Shown: positions 1 to 7,543, numbered from the stretch's first letter. The stretch: DNA of 40,449 nt from an uncultured Prevotellaceae bacterium (GCA_946187025.1 CAMHPM010000001.1:1-40449); one strand, 5' to 3'. Numbers and translations are program-made. The notes: generated by a model from the sequence alone, not told the origin.

Positions 1-52
1 CCCCTCCGCTTCGCTCGTCCCCCTTTCAGGCGGGACAATCCATCCGGAAGGA
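1..52. repeat. Partial copy of the G/C-rich dispersed element, truncated by the window edge
   Basis: gtccccctttcaggcgggacaatccatccggaagg resembles the reverse complement of 28926-28962 (atctcccccctttatgtgaggagaatcatttggatgg), which flanks the 28.9-kb copy. Confidence 0.35.
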
Positions 53-66
53 TATTCATTAGTTAA

Positions 67-98
67 ATTGAAGATTGAAAAATGAAGATTGAAGATTA
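67..98. repeat. Short tandem word repeat (attgaagattgaaaaatgaagattgaagatta)
   Basis: Direct reading shows GAAGATT/TGAAGAT units repeated four times. Confidence 0.6.
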
Positions 99-99
99 A

Positions 100-253
100 C
101 CATCCGGATGGACTCTCCCACCAAAGCTACCCTCGCCTTCGGAGAGGGGCTGGGGGTGAGGTCTGGGGGAGTACCCCTCTCCCCTGGGGGAGCGCGAGGG
201 GGAAAGAATAATGAAACAACCCACGTAGTGGGAGGGGGTCTCCAAGCCGGAGG
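100..253. repeat. G/C-rich MITE-like dispersed element, full copy
   Basis: Imperfect terminal inverted repeats ccatccggatggactctccca (100-120) and tgggagggggtctccaagccggagg (229-253). Internal stem GGAGAGGGG (141-149) pairs with CCCCTCTCC (174-182). The core cccctctcccctgggggagcgcgaggggg (174-202) recurs at 13788-13816 and, reversed, at 28887-28918. Confidence 0.6.
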
Positions 254-258
254 CAAAA

Positions 259-290
259 GTGAACGGACGTTTTGCCGTTCACATCTTTTG
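259..290. terminator. Candidate bidirectional intrinsic terminator
   Basis: Perfect 8-bp stem GTGAACGG (259-266) / CCGTTCAC (275-282) with an 8-nt loop. It is followed by atcttttg on the plus strand and by ttttgcc on the minus strand, and lies downstream of the minus-strand protease gene. Confidence 0.4.
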
Positions 291-356
291 TCGTATCTTT
301 GCAGCCATGAAACAGAGTCAGTGTATTAGACAGCTGCATTGTCTTTCTAATGTAAG

Positions 357-423
357 TGTATCTTTGTATCTTTGTATCTTGTATCTTGTATCTTTGGTAT
401 CTTTCTTGCTTTCTTGCTTTGCT
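357..423 (+). repeat. Tandem TATCTT(T)G / TTCTTGCT microsatellite-like repeat
   Basis: gtaTCTTTGTATCTTTGTATCTTGTATCTTGTATCTTTGgtatctttcttgctttcttgctttgc. Three of the units (359-366, 367-374, 389-396) are exact TAnnTTTG strings. Confidence 0.8.
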
Positions 424-458
424 ATCCCTTTCGCCCTATCCCCATTCTCTTTTCTGTG

Positions 459-534
459 CAGTCACAGGGGCGAGAGTGCGCAGTCACAGAGCCGGGAGTG
501 TGCAGTCGCAGGGTCGCGAGTGCGCACTCCCGTG
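459..534. repeat. 22-bp-period tandem array (3.5 units), CGAGTGCG-core family
   Basis: Units are cagtcacaggggcgagagtgcg (459-480), cagtcacagagccgggagtgtg (481-502), cagtcgcagggtcgcgagtgcg (503-524) and a partial cactcccgtg. The array ends 3 nt from the protease stop codon (538-540). Confidence 0.85.
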
Positions 535-537
535 AAT

Positions 538-3027
538 TCAGTTGTCGCGCATGACAGCATAAATGCAGAGCACATCCTGTGCATCGACCTGTCCGTCGGC
601 GTTGACGTCCTCGGCTGCAGTGGCTTCTCCGCTGCCGTGCTGCTGTATGTATTCATATACCAGCAATACGTCGTGCGAATCTACATGGCCGTCGCGGTTT
701 ACGTCGGCTGGGTTTACAGGGTCGCCGGCGAGTGTCACCGGTGTCCAGGCGGTCCACTGGCTTGATGCCGTGCCGGACGTTGCGTTCACCCGGTAGGAGT
801 AAGGCAATGTTGCGTCGAGGCCGGTGAATGTGTAGTGTGTGTCGGTGGTGGTAAATGTCTGGATATCGACGCCTTCTGCTTCGCCGCTTTCAATCTGCTC
901 CATGGTGTATGCGCCGTCGTATATTGCGACTGCTGTGAGGTATATGCGTTTCACGGCTGTGATGCGCAGGTAGAACGGTGCTGCTGCCGACTCGAACGCC
1001 ACGACATGTGACGTGCTGCCCGATGTGACGGTAAACGTCTGCAGCGCGGTCTTACTGCTGCCATCGAGCAGTTCAACCACGATGTTACCACCCACGGTAT
1101 TGTTGTATTCCACCTCACTGAATGCAATGGTGACGGAGCCGCTCCCGGTGTTTTCGATAAGTGGCGATGTGAGCACTCCGCTGACCGATGCCGAGCCCAT
1201 CTTGAGCCTCGATGTCGATGCAAAGCATTTCGTTCCGGTCCATCCCGGCCAATGCATATAGGTGTCGAGCCGTGTGCCTATGTCGTTGGTGCCATCGCGA
1301 GTGACGGTAGCGAACTCGCTGAAATCCTCGCTCAGAATCAGCATTTCGGATATATCCTTGCCTTCGTGGACTGTCCGCAGTTGCAGGGTGTATTCCCCGG
1401 CATCGCTTACGGCTTTCCAGTTGGCAGTGAACGACGTTGCAGTTATATCCGACTCGGCCTCAAGTTCCGGGGTATCGATTTTGATGCCGCCCATGCAGAC
1501 GAACGAGATGACGCCGTTCTTCTCCTGAATGTCGGTGAGGGGACATCCCATGAGCTTGGTGCCCGACAGGTTGCGGTTGTAGAGCGTGGCAGCCGGTTTC
1601 GACGTGTCGGTCAGTTCATGGTTGCCCGACGTGCCGGGATAGGGGTCGCCGGCGAGGTCGGTGGCGGTGGCGTATGTCTGTCCGCCATAGTAGCCGGTCA
1701 TAAACTGGTTGTCGGCTGGTATGATGGTGCAACGCTGGTGGTTGGCATCGTTGTTTACAGTATTTTCATACCATGCGTCTTCATCGTAATCGACATGCAG
1801 CACGAGCATTCCGTGGCCATAGAGGTAGGAGTCGAACTTCTCGTTCTGGCGGTTTTCGAGCAGATAGTATTCGTTTTTGCGGGCATCGTTGTAGATGATG
1901 TATGCCTCGGGTGTGGAACTGAGCGGCTGCATCTCGCTCACGATGCGTGGTGCATCGAGCTCGACGGGTGTGAGCCATCCTGCAAACATACGCTCGTAGC
2001 TGGTGTAGGCAGCCGGCACCTCGCCCCAGTCTTCAGGACCATTGTACGAACCGGCACACATCACACTCCAGCAGTCGAGGCCGAAGTTGACGGCTGCCTC
2101 TGTTGTGTCATACATATCTGGAAGACCGAGACAATGAGAGAACTCGTGTACAGCCGTACCGATGGTATTGAGCGTGGTACCACTCGCACCCCGCAACTCG
2201 CTTCCGCAGGCATAGGTGCTGAGTTTCATGTCGTCGAGATAAATCGGACCGTTACCATCAGAATAATCTGTCGCACTTTCCAAGTCCCATTCGTGTGGCC
2301 AGATAGTGTTGGAAGCACCACCCATAGCCTCGCCATATCCGGCATAGATTACATACACCTGATCCACCTCTCCGTCGGAGTCCCAGTCGTAGTTGCGATA
2401 GTCAACATCGGCATCTGCCAGGCGCAGCGCCTCAATCACCATCTCGGCCGGATGGACATCGTTGCCTTCGCTGTCGTTTTCGCCATAGTAAGCCATTTTT
2501 TTACTCACAGTGTATGGACCGACCACATCGAAGTCGATGGTAAGCTGTCCGTAGCTCTGCTCATAGAAGTAGTCGCGAACACTGCCTATATGGTCGTTCT
2601 GGTTATATCCCTTCTGGTTGAACATGTCGTTGAACGCCGATCGTGTGCCACTCGTACTCAACGACTTGTCGGCGAAATTGACAAGAACCACAAGTCCGCG
2701 TTTCTCGCCTGTATAGTCGCCCTTCGCCCTACGCTTGGCAGCACGACGCAAGCGGCGGTTGTTGGCTTCACGTTTCTTGGCTTCCCATCCTGCACGCATG
2801 TTCTTCACTTCAAACATGGTTGCCTCACGATACATGCCGTCGGCCCTCTTCACAAGTGGCTGGCCTGCCATGTTGACATAATAGTGGAAATGTTCGTCGC
2901 CACGCAGCATCACGGTGAGCGTGGTGCCGTCGGCCTGAGTTATCGTGAATGGTTTGCGAATAGCAGGAATGGCAAACAACATGGTTGCTGCCATCATGAA
3001 TGCATAGGTTGTTAATGTTCGTTTCAT
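538..3027 (-). CDS. Secreted M6-family (immune inhibitor A-like) zinc metalloprotease with Fn3-like modules and a C-terminal dockerin-type repeat pair
   Basis: 829-aa ORF with an N-terminal signal peptide (MKRTLTTYAFMMAATMLFAIPA). HExxH zinc motif AVHEFSHCLGLPDMYD (HEFSH at nt 2134-2148). Fn3-like strings are TATSFTANWKAVSDAGEYTLQL and TFTGLDATLPYSYRVNA. The tail has DVNRDGHVDSHDVLLVYEYI and DVNADGQVDAQDVLCIYAVM, two EF-hand-like dockerin repeats. Confidence 0.85.
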   Translation of the reverse strand: MKRTLTTYAFMMAATMLFAIPAIRKPFTITQADGTTLTVMLRGDEHFHYYVNMAGQPLVKRADGMYREATMFEVKNMRAGWEAKKREANNRRLRRAAKRRAKGDYTGEKRGLVVLVNFADKSLSTSGTRSAFNDMFNQKGYNQNDHIGSVRDYFYEQSYGQLTIDFDVVGPYTVSKKMAYYGENDSEGNDVHPAEMVIEALRLADADVDYRNYDWDSDGEVDQVYVIYAGYGEAMGGASNTIWPHEWDLESATDYSDGNGPIYLDDMKLSTYACGSELRGASGTTLNTIGTAVHEFSHCLGLPDMYDTTEAAVNFGLDCWSVMCAGSYNGPEDWGEVPAAYTSYERMFAGWLTPVELDAPRIVSEMQPLSSTPEAYIIYNDARKNEYYLLENRQNEKFDSYLYGHGMLVLHVDYDEDAWYENTVNNDANHQRCTIIPADNQFMTGYYGGQTYATATDLAGDPYPGTSGNHELTDTSKPAATLYNRNLSGTKLMGCPLTDIQEKNGVISFVCMGGIKIDTPELEAESDITATSFTANWKAVSDAGEYTLQLRTVHEGKDISEMLILSEDFSEFATVTRDGTNDIGTRLDTYMHWPGWTGTKCFASTSRLKMGSASVSGVLTSPLIENTGSGSVTIAFSEVEYNNTVGGNIVVELLDGSSKTALQTFTVTSGSTSHVVAFESAAAPFYLRITAVKRIYLTAVAIYDGAYTMEQIESGEAEGVDIQTFTTTDTHYTFTGLDATLPYSYRVNATSGTASSQWTAWTPVTLAGDPVNPADVNRDGHVDSHDVLLVYEYIQQHGSGEATAAEDVNADGQVDAQDVLCIYAVMRDN

Positions 3028-3102
3028 CTTAAGCTTCTTAATCTATGATTGATTTGATTGTTGATTTATCGGTGTTGTATCCGTCCCCGTATTTCCGTTT
3101 GT

Positions 3103-3876
3103 TTATTGGTGCAATCTGACATGGAATGTCATTGCAGAGCGGTCGAACTCAATGTTTTCGTTCACCACATGCTGGTCGATTTCACCTGCTTCCGACAGCT
3201 GGCGCGGCGTGCCGCTGATGAGCCGGCCGTCGTGGTCGAGCAGCCAAATATTGTCGGCAATCTGCAGAGCGAGGTCTATGTCGTGTATCGACATAAGTAT
3301 GGTCTTGCCCATGTCGTGTGCCAGCTGGCGCAGCATCAGCATCACCGCCACCTTGTTGGGATAGTAGAGGAAGGCGGTAGGCTCGTCGAGCAGGATGACG
3401 GGTGTCTCCTGTGCCATGGCCTTTGCTATCATGGTCTTCTGCCGTTCACCGTCGCTCAGGGTTTGTATCTGCTGTCGGGCTACATTCTCCACCCCTACAC
3501 GCCGTATGCAGCGTTCTACCACCTCACGGTCGTGGGCAGTGAGGCGCCCCCAAAATCCGGTGTAAGGACTCCGGCCCATTCCCACCACTTCGTAGGCTGT
3601 CAGACCCTTTATGTGAGTGTTGTCGGTAAGCACTATGCTTATGAGCTTCGACAGGGCCTCGCTGTCATAGCTGGTCATGTTCCTGCCATCAATCAGCACT
3701 TCGCCCGCGAGGGCATCCTGGAAGTTGGCTATTGTGCGCAGAAGGGTTGACTTACCTGTCCCGTTAGGTCCGATAAGGCATGTGAGCTGTCCCGGGTGCA
3801 GTTCGGCATTGAGATTGCGGCTCACCGTTTTGTCTTTATATCCGGTAGTGAGGTTTCTGAGTGTAATCATAGTCAT
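3103..3876 (-). CDS. ABC transporter ATP-binding protein (FecE/FepC/BtuD-like), with no cognate permease in the window
   Basis: 257-aa ORF. Walker A GPNGTGKST, signature LSDGERQ, Walker B VILLDEPT, H-loop SIHD. Its ATG (3874-3876) overlaps the activase TGA (3873-3875) as ATGA. Confidence 0.85.
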   Translation of the reverse strand: MTMITLRNLTTGYKDKTVSRNLNAELHPGQLTCLIGPNGTGKSTLLRTIANFQDALAGEVLIDGRNMTSYDSEALSKLISIVLTDNTHIKGLTAYEVVGMGRSPYTGFWGRLTAHDREVVERCIRRVGVENVARQQIQTLSDGERQKTMIAKAMAQETPVILLDEPTAFLYYPNKVAVMLMLRQLAHDMGKTILMSIHDIDLALQIADNIWLLDHDGRLISGTPRQLSEAGEIDQHVVNENIEFDRSAMTFHVRLHQ

Positions 3877-4790
3877 CCTCCTATAATCGCGGTTATACCA
3901 TGAGCGGCAAACTGACTGATGCAGCGCTGTTGCACCTCGTCGGTGGGTGTGCTCATATCGAGGTGGTCGGGATTGTAGGTGGTGCCCAGTTTCTCGTGTT
4001 TACCACGGCCTATGTCGTGATATGGCAGCAGGTTGACTGTCTTGCGCTCCCACGGCAGGGTGGCGAGGAATCGTGCTGTGGCCTCGATGTTGCCCTCGTC
4101 GGCATTCACGCCCTCGATGAGTGGTATGCGGATGAAGAAGTCGCACCCCATCTGGGCTATCATCCTGAGGTTTTCGAGTATGGGTTCGTTTGGCACTCCT
4201 GTATATCTCTGGTGTGTGGCCGAATCCATGTGCTTTATGTCAACGAGGAACAGCTCACACTGTTGTGCCACTTCCTTCACCACTTCCTTGCCGGCATATA
4301 GCGTGGTGTCAACACATCGGTGGAATCGTCGCTGCCCCAGTTCGGTGAGCAGCTCGGTGAGGTAGGCATGGTGCATGAGGGGTTCGCCGCCGCAGAGGGT
4401 CACTCCTCCGCCGCTGTCTTCCATCACCTTGCGTTCCTTTTCTATCACCTCCATCAGTTCGTCCATAGCCCACTGCCTGCCGCCGAACTTCATGGCCAGT
4501 GTGGGACACACCTCTTCGCAGTGACGGCACTGTCGGCACAGGTTTTCGTCGGCACGAATGCCGTCGGGGGTGAGGCTGAGTGCATGTACTGGACATTCAT
4601 CGACGCAGGTCTTGCAGCCTATACACTTTTTCTTTGTGTACATGCGCTGGGGCCTTGGGTCGATGCCCTCGGGGTTGTGACACCACACACAGTGTAGCGG
4701 ACAACCTTTCAGAAAAATGGTGGTCCTGATGCCAGGACCATCATTTATCGAGAAGCGCTTTATGTCGAATATCAGGTTTTGATTCGTCAT
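3873..4790 (-). CDS. Glycyl-radical enzyme activating protein (radical SAM)
   Basis: 305-aa ORF. N-terminal FSINDGPGIRTTIFLKGCPLHCVWCHNPE contains the CxxxCxxC radical-SAM cluster. Two ferredoxin-like Cys clusters follow (CIGCKTCVDECP, CRQCRHCEEVCP). It lies 9 nt downstream of the glycyl-radical enzyme. Confidence 0.9.
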   Translation of the reverse strand: MTNQNLIFDIKRFSINDGPGIRTTIFLKGCPLHCVWCHNPEGIDPRPQRMYTKKKCIGCKTCVDECPVHALSLTPDGIRADENLCRQCRHCEEVCPTLAMKFGGRQWAMDELMEVIEKERKVMEDSGGGVTLCGGEPLMHHAYLTELLTELGQRRFHRCVDTTLYAGKEVVKEVAQQCELFLVDIKHMDSATHQRYTGVPNEPILENLRMIAQMGCDFFIRIPLIEGVNADEGNIEATARFLATLPWERKTVNLLPYHDIGRGKHEKLGTTYNPDHLDMSTPTDEVQQRCISQFAAHGITAIIGG

Positions 4791-4799
4791 GTCGGTCGC

Positions 4800-5069
4800 T
4801 TAGAATTCTTCGTTGGCTGTGCGAGCGATGATTTCGTTCTGCAGCTGCGATGTCATGTCGTTAAAGTAGTCGCTGTATCCGGCCACACGCACGAGCAGGT
4901 CCTTATACTGGTCGGGGTGCTTCTGTGCATCGAGCAGGGTGTCGGTATCCACAACGTTGAACTGAATGTGGTGTCCTCCCAGCGAGAAGTAAGTGCGGAT
5001 GAGGCTTGCCAGCTTCTTGAGGTCTTCCTCGCGTTTCATGAGGCTCGGCACGAATCGCACGTTGAGCAA
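4800..5069 (-). CDS. Glycine-radical domain fragment, the C-terminal ~90 aa of the adjacent glycyl-radical enzyme in a different frame
   Basis: Contains the glycyl radical fingerprint LLVRVAGYSDYF (RVAGYS at nt 4872-4889). The track's first residue is a TTG codon and there is no ATG. This reading frame stays open upstream through the end of the 716-aa ORF. Confidence 0.7.
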   Translation of the reverse strand: MLNVRFVPSLMKREEDLKKLASLIRTYFSLGGHHIQFNVVDTDTLLDAQKHPDQYKDLLVRVAGYSDYFNDMTSQLQNEIIARTANEEF

Positions 5070-7186
5070 TGTGTCTGGTCGAGTTTGCCGAGCGACTTGA
5101 TGACCGAGGTCGGCCCTTGCGAGTCGGCTCCGTGTGAAGGACTTGTGCCGTCGCTGATTGCAAACTTGGCGAACCGTCCGTTAGGTGTAGCCTGGCACAC
5201 ACTGCCGAAGTAGTTGTGGCAGGTGGTCGAGAGCATGTTGAGCTGGGTCTTGCCGCCGCGGGTGTTTGGCCTTCCTTCGATGGCATCCACCAGGTCGTCG
5301 TATATGCGTACGGCGATTGAGTCGGCATATTCGTCGTCGTTTCCGAAGAACGGAGTGTGGTTGACGATGTATTGGCGGAACTTCTCTTCGCCCACGAAGT
5401 TGCCCTCGATGGCTCGCAGCAGCTCGTCCATCGTGAACCGGTGGTCTTCGAAGATGTGTTTCTTCATTGTGGTGAAGCAGTCGGTCAGGGTGCCGAGGCC
5501 GGTACACTGTATGTATGTGGTGTTGTAGCGTGCACCGCCGCTGTAGTAGTCTTTACCCTTCACGATACAGTCGTCGATGAACAGGCTGAGGAATGTGGCC
5601 GGAGCGTAGAGCGAGAACATGCGCTCGATGTAGTTGTTGACGGCCAGCTTCATGTTGACGAAGTACACCATCTGCTTGTGCCATGCGTCGTACATCTGTT
5701 CGAATGTAGTGAATGTGCGCGGGTCGCCTGTCTCGAGTCCGAGTCGCTTGCCGGTCACGGGGTCGATGCCGTTGTGCAGTGTTATCTCGAGTATCTTCGG
5801 TGTGTTGAGGTATCCGGTGAGCAGGTATGCTTCCTTTCCGAATGCACCCACCTCGATACATCCCGAGCATCCGCCCTCGTTGGCATCTTCGCGGCTCTTG
5901 CCCTGGCGCATGAGTTCCTTGGTGTAGGTGTCGGGGTTGAACACCGACGGGTATCCGTGGCCCTGACGTATGACGCGGCATCCGGCCAGCAGGAACTCGT
6001 CGGGAGTCACCTTGCTGATGTGGATGGAGAGGCCCGGCTGCAGTTCATGCAGTTCTTCCTGAATCTCGAGAATCATGTACGACAGTTCGTTGCTACCGTC
6101 CTTACCGTCGCGTGTGATACCACCTATGTTTATGTTGGTGAAGTCGTTGTATGTGCCCGACTCCAGTGCCGTGATTCCCACCTTTGGAGGTGCCGGCTGG
6201 TTGTTGAATTTTATCCAGAGGCAGCTGATGAGTTCCTTGGCGCGGTCGCGGGTCATGGTGCCCTCTTCCACCTCCTTCTGATAGAACGGATAGAGGTGCT
6301 GGTCGATGTGTCCCGGGTTCATAGAGTCCCATCCGTTGAGTTCGGTCACTGTTCCGAGGTGTACGAACCAGTACATCTGGATGGCTTCCCACATGTCGCG
6401 AGGTGCATGGGCCGGAACCCAGCGGCACACGTCGGCAATCTTCTCCAGTTCTGCCTTGCGCTGAGGGTCGGCCGTCTTGGCTGCCATCTGCTCTGCCAGC
6501 TCGGCATGGCGCTCGGCAAACAGTATTGCAGCATCGCACGAGATGTCCATTGCCTCCAGCTCCTGCTGCTTGTCGGTGGCCTCAGGGTCATTTATATAAT
6601 CGAGTTTCTCGATCTGCTCCTTTATCATCTGCTTGCAGTCGAGCAGTCCGCGGTGATACATCTTGCCGTCCATGGCCGTGTGTCCGGCGGCACGCTGCTC
6701 CATGAATTCGGTGAACACACCTGCATGGTAGGCCTCTTCCCACTCCTTCGACACATGGTTGAAGATGCGCTCGCGCTGGGTCTTGCCCTTCCAGTAGGGT
6801 ATCACCTCGCGCTCGTAGGTGTCGATATCGGCCTGGCTGATGTGGTATGGCTGCAACTCGCGTGTGTCGAGCACATGCAGGTCTTCCACCGAGTGGCACG
6901 TCAGTTCGGGGAATGTAGGCACAGCCTTCGGCACCGGGCCGCGTTCGCCCACGATGAGCTCGTCGTCGCCTATATAGATGGTTTTCTTCTTGCAGATTTC
7001 GTAGAAGTTCTTGGCACGCAGCACAGCAATAGGCCACTTGCCCTCGTTCTCCTTGTAGAATGCGGTTTCAATCAGAGCACGTTCGATGGTCAGTGTAGTA
7101 GGGGTTTCAAGGCTCTGCTTGTGCAGGCGCTTGATGCGGTCGTTCATTCCGCCGTCGTTGGCGGGATACTTTAGAGGAAAATTCAT
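5036..7186 (-). CDS. Glycyl radical enzyme of the PFL2 / dehydratase-type family (HypD / glycerol-dehydratase-like), interrupted by a frameshift before the radical domain
   Basis: 716-aa ORF. The catalytic Cys loop GGCSGCIEVG has Cys-x-Glu, as in 1,2-eliminating glycyl radical enzymes. Conserved blocks include FTEFMEQRAAGHT, IQMYWFVHLG and WIKFNNQPAPPKVGIT. The ORF ends in out-of-frame junk (HCSTCDSCRAS) just where the glycine-radical domain should start. Confidence 0.85.
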   Translation of the reverse strand: MNFPLKYPANDGGMNDRIKRLHKQSLETPTTLTIERALIETAFYKENEGKWPIAVLRAKNFYEICKKKTIYIGDDELIVGERGPVPKAVPTFPELTCHSVEDLHVLDTRELQPYHISQADIDTYEREVIPYWKGKTQRERIFNHVSKEWEEAYHAGVFTEFMEQRAAGHTAMDGKMYHRGLLDCKQMIKEQIEKLDYINDPEATDKQQELEAMDISCDAAILFAERHAELAEQMAAKTADPQRKAELEKIADVCRWVPAHAPRDMWEAIQMYWFVHLGTVTELNGWDSMNPGHIDQHLYPFYQKEVEEGTMTRDRAKELISCLWIKFNNQPAPPKVGITALESGTYNDFTNINIGGITRDGKDGSNELSYMILEIQEELHELQPGLSIHISKVTPDEFLLAGCRVIRQGHGYPSVFNPDTYTKELMRQGKSREDANEGGCSGCIEVGAFGKEAYLLTGYLNTPKILEITLHNGIDPVTGKRLGLETGDPRTFTTFEQMYDAWHKQMVYFVNMKLAVNNYIERMFSLYAPATFLSLFIDDCIVKGKDYYSGGARYNTTYIQCTGLGTLTDCFTTMKKHIFEDHRFTMDELLRAIEGNFVGEEKFRQYIVNHTPFFGNDDEYADSIAVRIYDDLVDAIEGRPNTRGGKTQLNMLSTTCHNYFGSVCQATPNGRFAKFAISDGTSPSHGADSQGPTSVIKSLGKLDQTHCSTCDSCRAS

Positions 7187-7227
7187 ATTGTCTTTGTTTT
7201 TATGTCCGTATTATGCATTATACGCTG

Positions 7228-7235
7228 CAAAGTTA
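7228..7235 (-). promoter_or_regulatory. Bacteroidetes-type -7 promoter box (TAACTTTG) for the glycyl-radical enzyme cluster
   Basis: The minus strand reads cgTAACTTTGcagc, matching the TAnnTTTG consensus, 42 nt upstream of the ATG at 7186. Confidence 0.4.
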
Positions 7236-7324
7236 CGTCAAAGAAACGGGACAGCAAAATAAATTAACATTTATTTCATCATTTCCACGCTGTTTAGCCT
7301 CATAATTATGAACGAATTAAGAAA

Positions 7325-7347
7325 CTGGGGGCAGGCATGCAGCCCAG
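7325..7347 (-). terminator. Weak candidate terminator downstream of lpdA
   Basis: The minus strand reads CTGGGctgcatgcctgccCCCAG followed by tttcttaatt. The closing stem is only 5 bp. Confidence 0.2.
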
Positions 7348-7416
7348 CGCAGATACAGTCTGTTTTCACGACATGCCCTCTCTTCATTCGTCAGGGTAAT
7401 GGTTGCAATGTAAAAT

Positions 7417-7543
7417 GAGTGCGCACTCGCAGGCCTGTGAGTGCGGAGTCGCGAGGCCGAGAGTGCGCACTCGCGGGGCCGAAAGTGCGGAGTCGCAGAA
7501 CTGAGTGTGCGGAGTCGCAGAACTGAGTGTGCGGAGTCGAATG
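7417..7543. repeat. 22-bp-period tandem array (about 6 units), CGAGTGCG-core family
   Basis: Units are gagtgcgcactcgcaggcctgt (7417-7438), gagtgcggagtcgcgaggccga (7439-7460), gagtgcgcactcgcggggccgaa, agtgcggagtcgcagaactg, agtgtgcggagtcgcagaactg and a partial agtgtgcggagtcgaatg. GAGTGCGCACTC is a perfect 12-bp palindrome. Confidence 0.85.

Noticed and set aside
59-339. ORFs 59..256(-), 108..329(+), 127..339(-), 28614..28937(+) and 28669..28986(-), which encode Pro/Gly/Ser/Arg-rich peptides.
   Set aside because: They are translations of the G/C-rich dispersed repeat copies. The same DNA recurs in different frames, orientations and contexts.
459-534. Whether the 22-bp tandem arrays (also 7417-7543, 15315-15388, 33536-33807) are CRISPR arrays.
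   Set aside because: The units are directly head-to-tail with no unique spacers, are only 22 bp long, are degenerate between copies, and no cas genes are nearby.
1252-3015. Long antisense ORFs opposite real genes: 1252..3015(+), 5357..7174(+), 29497..30405(-), 32190..33557(-), 34041..35507(-), 36549..37790(-), 39051..39971(-), 12575..13054(+), 7782..8579(+).
   Set aside because: Each lies entirely inside a gene with clear family motifs on the other strand. The translations are low-complexity (rich in V, G, A, H, R), have no motifs and no signal peptides. Stop-poor antisense frames are expected for coding sequence with GC-rich third positions.
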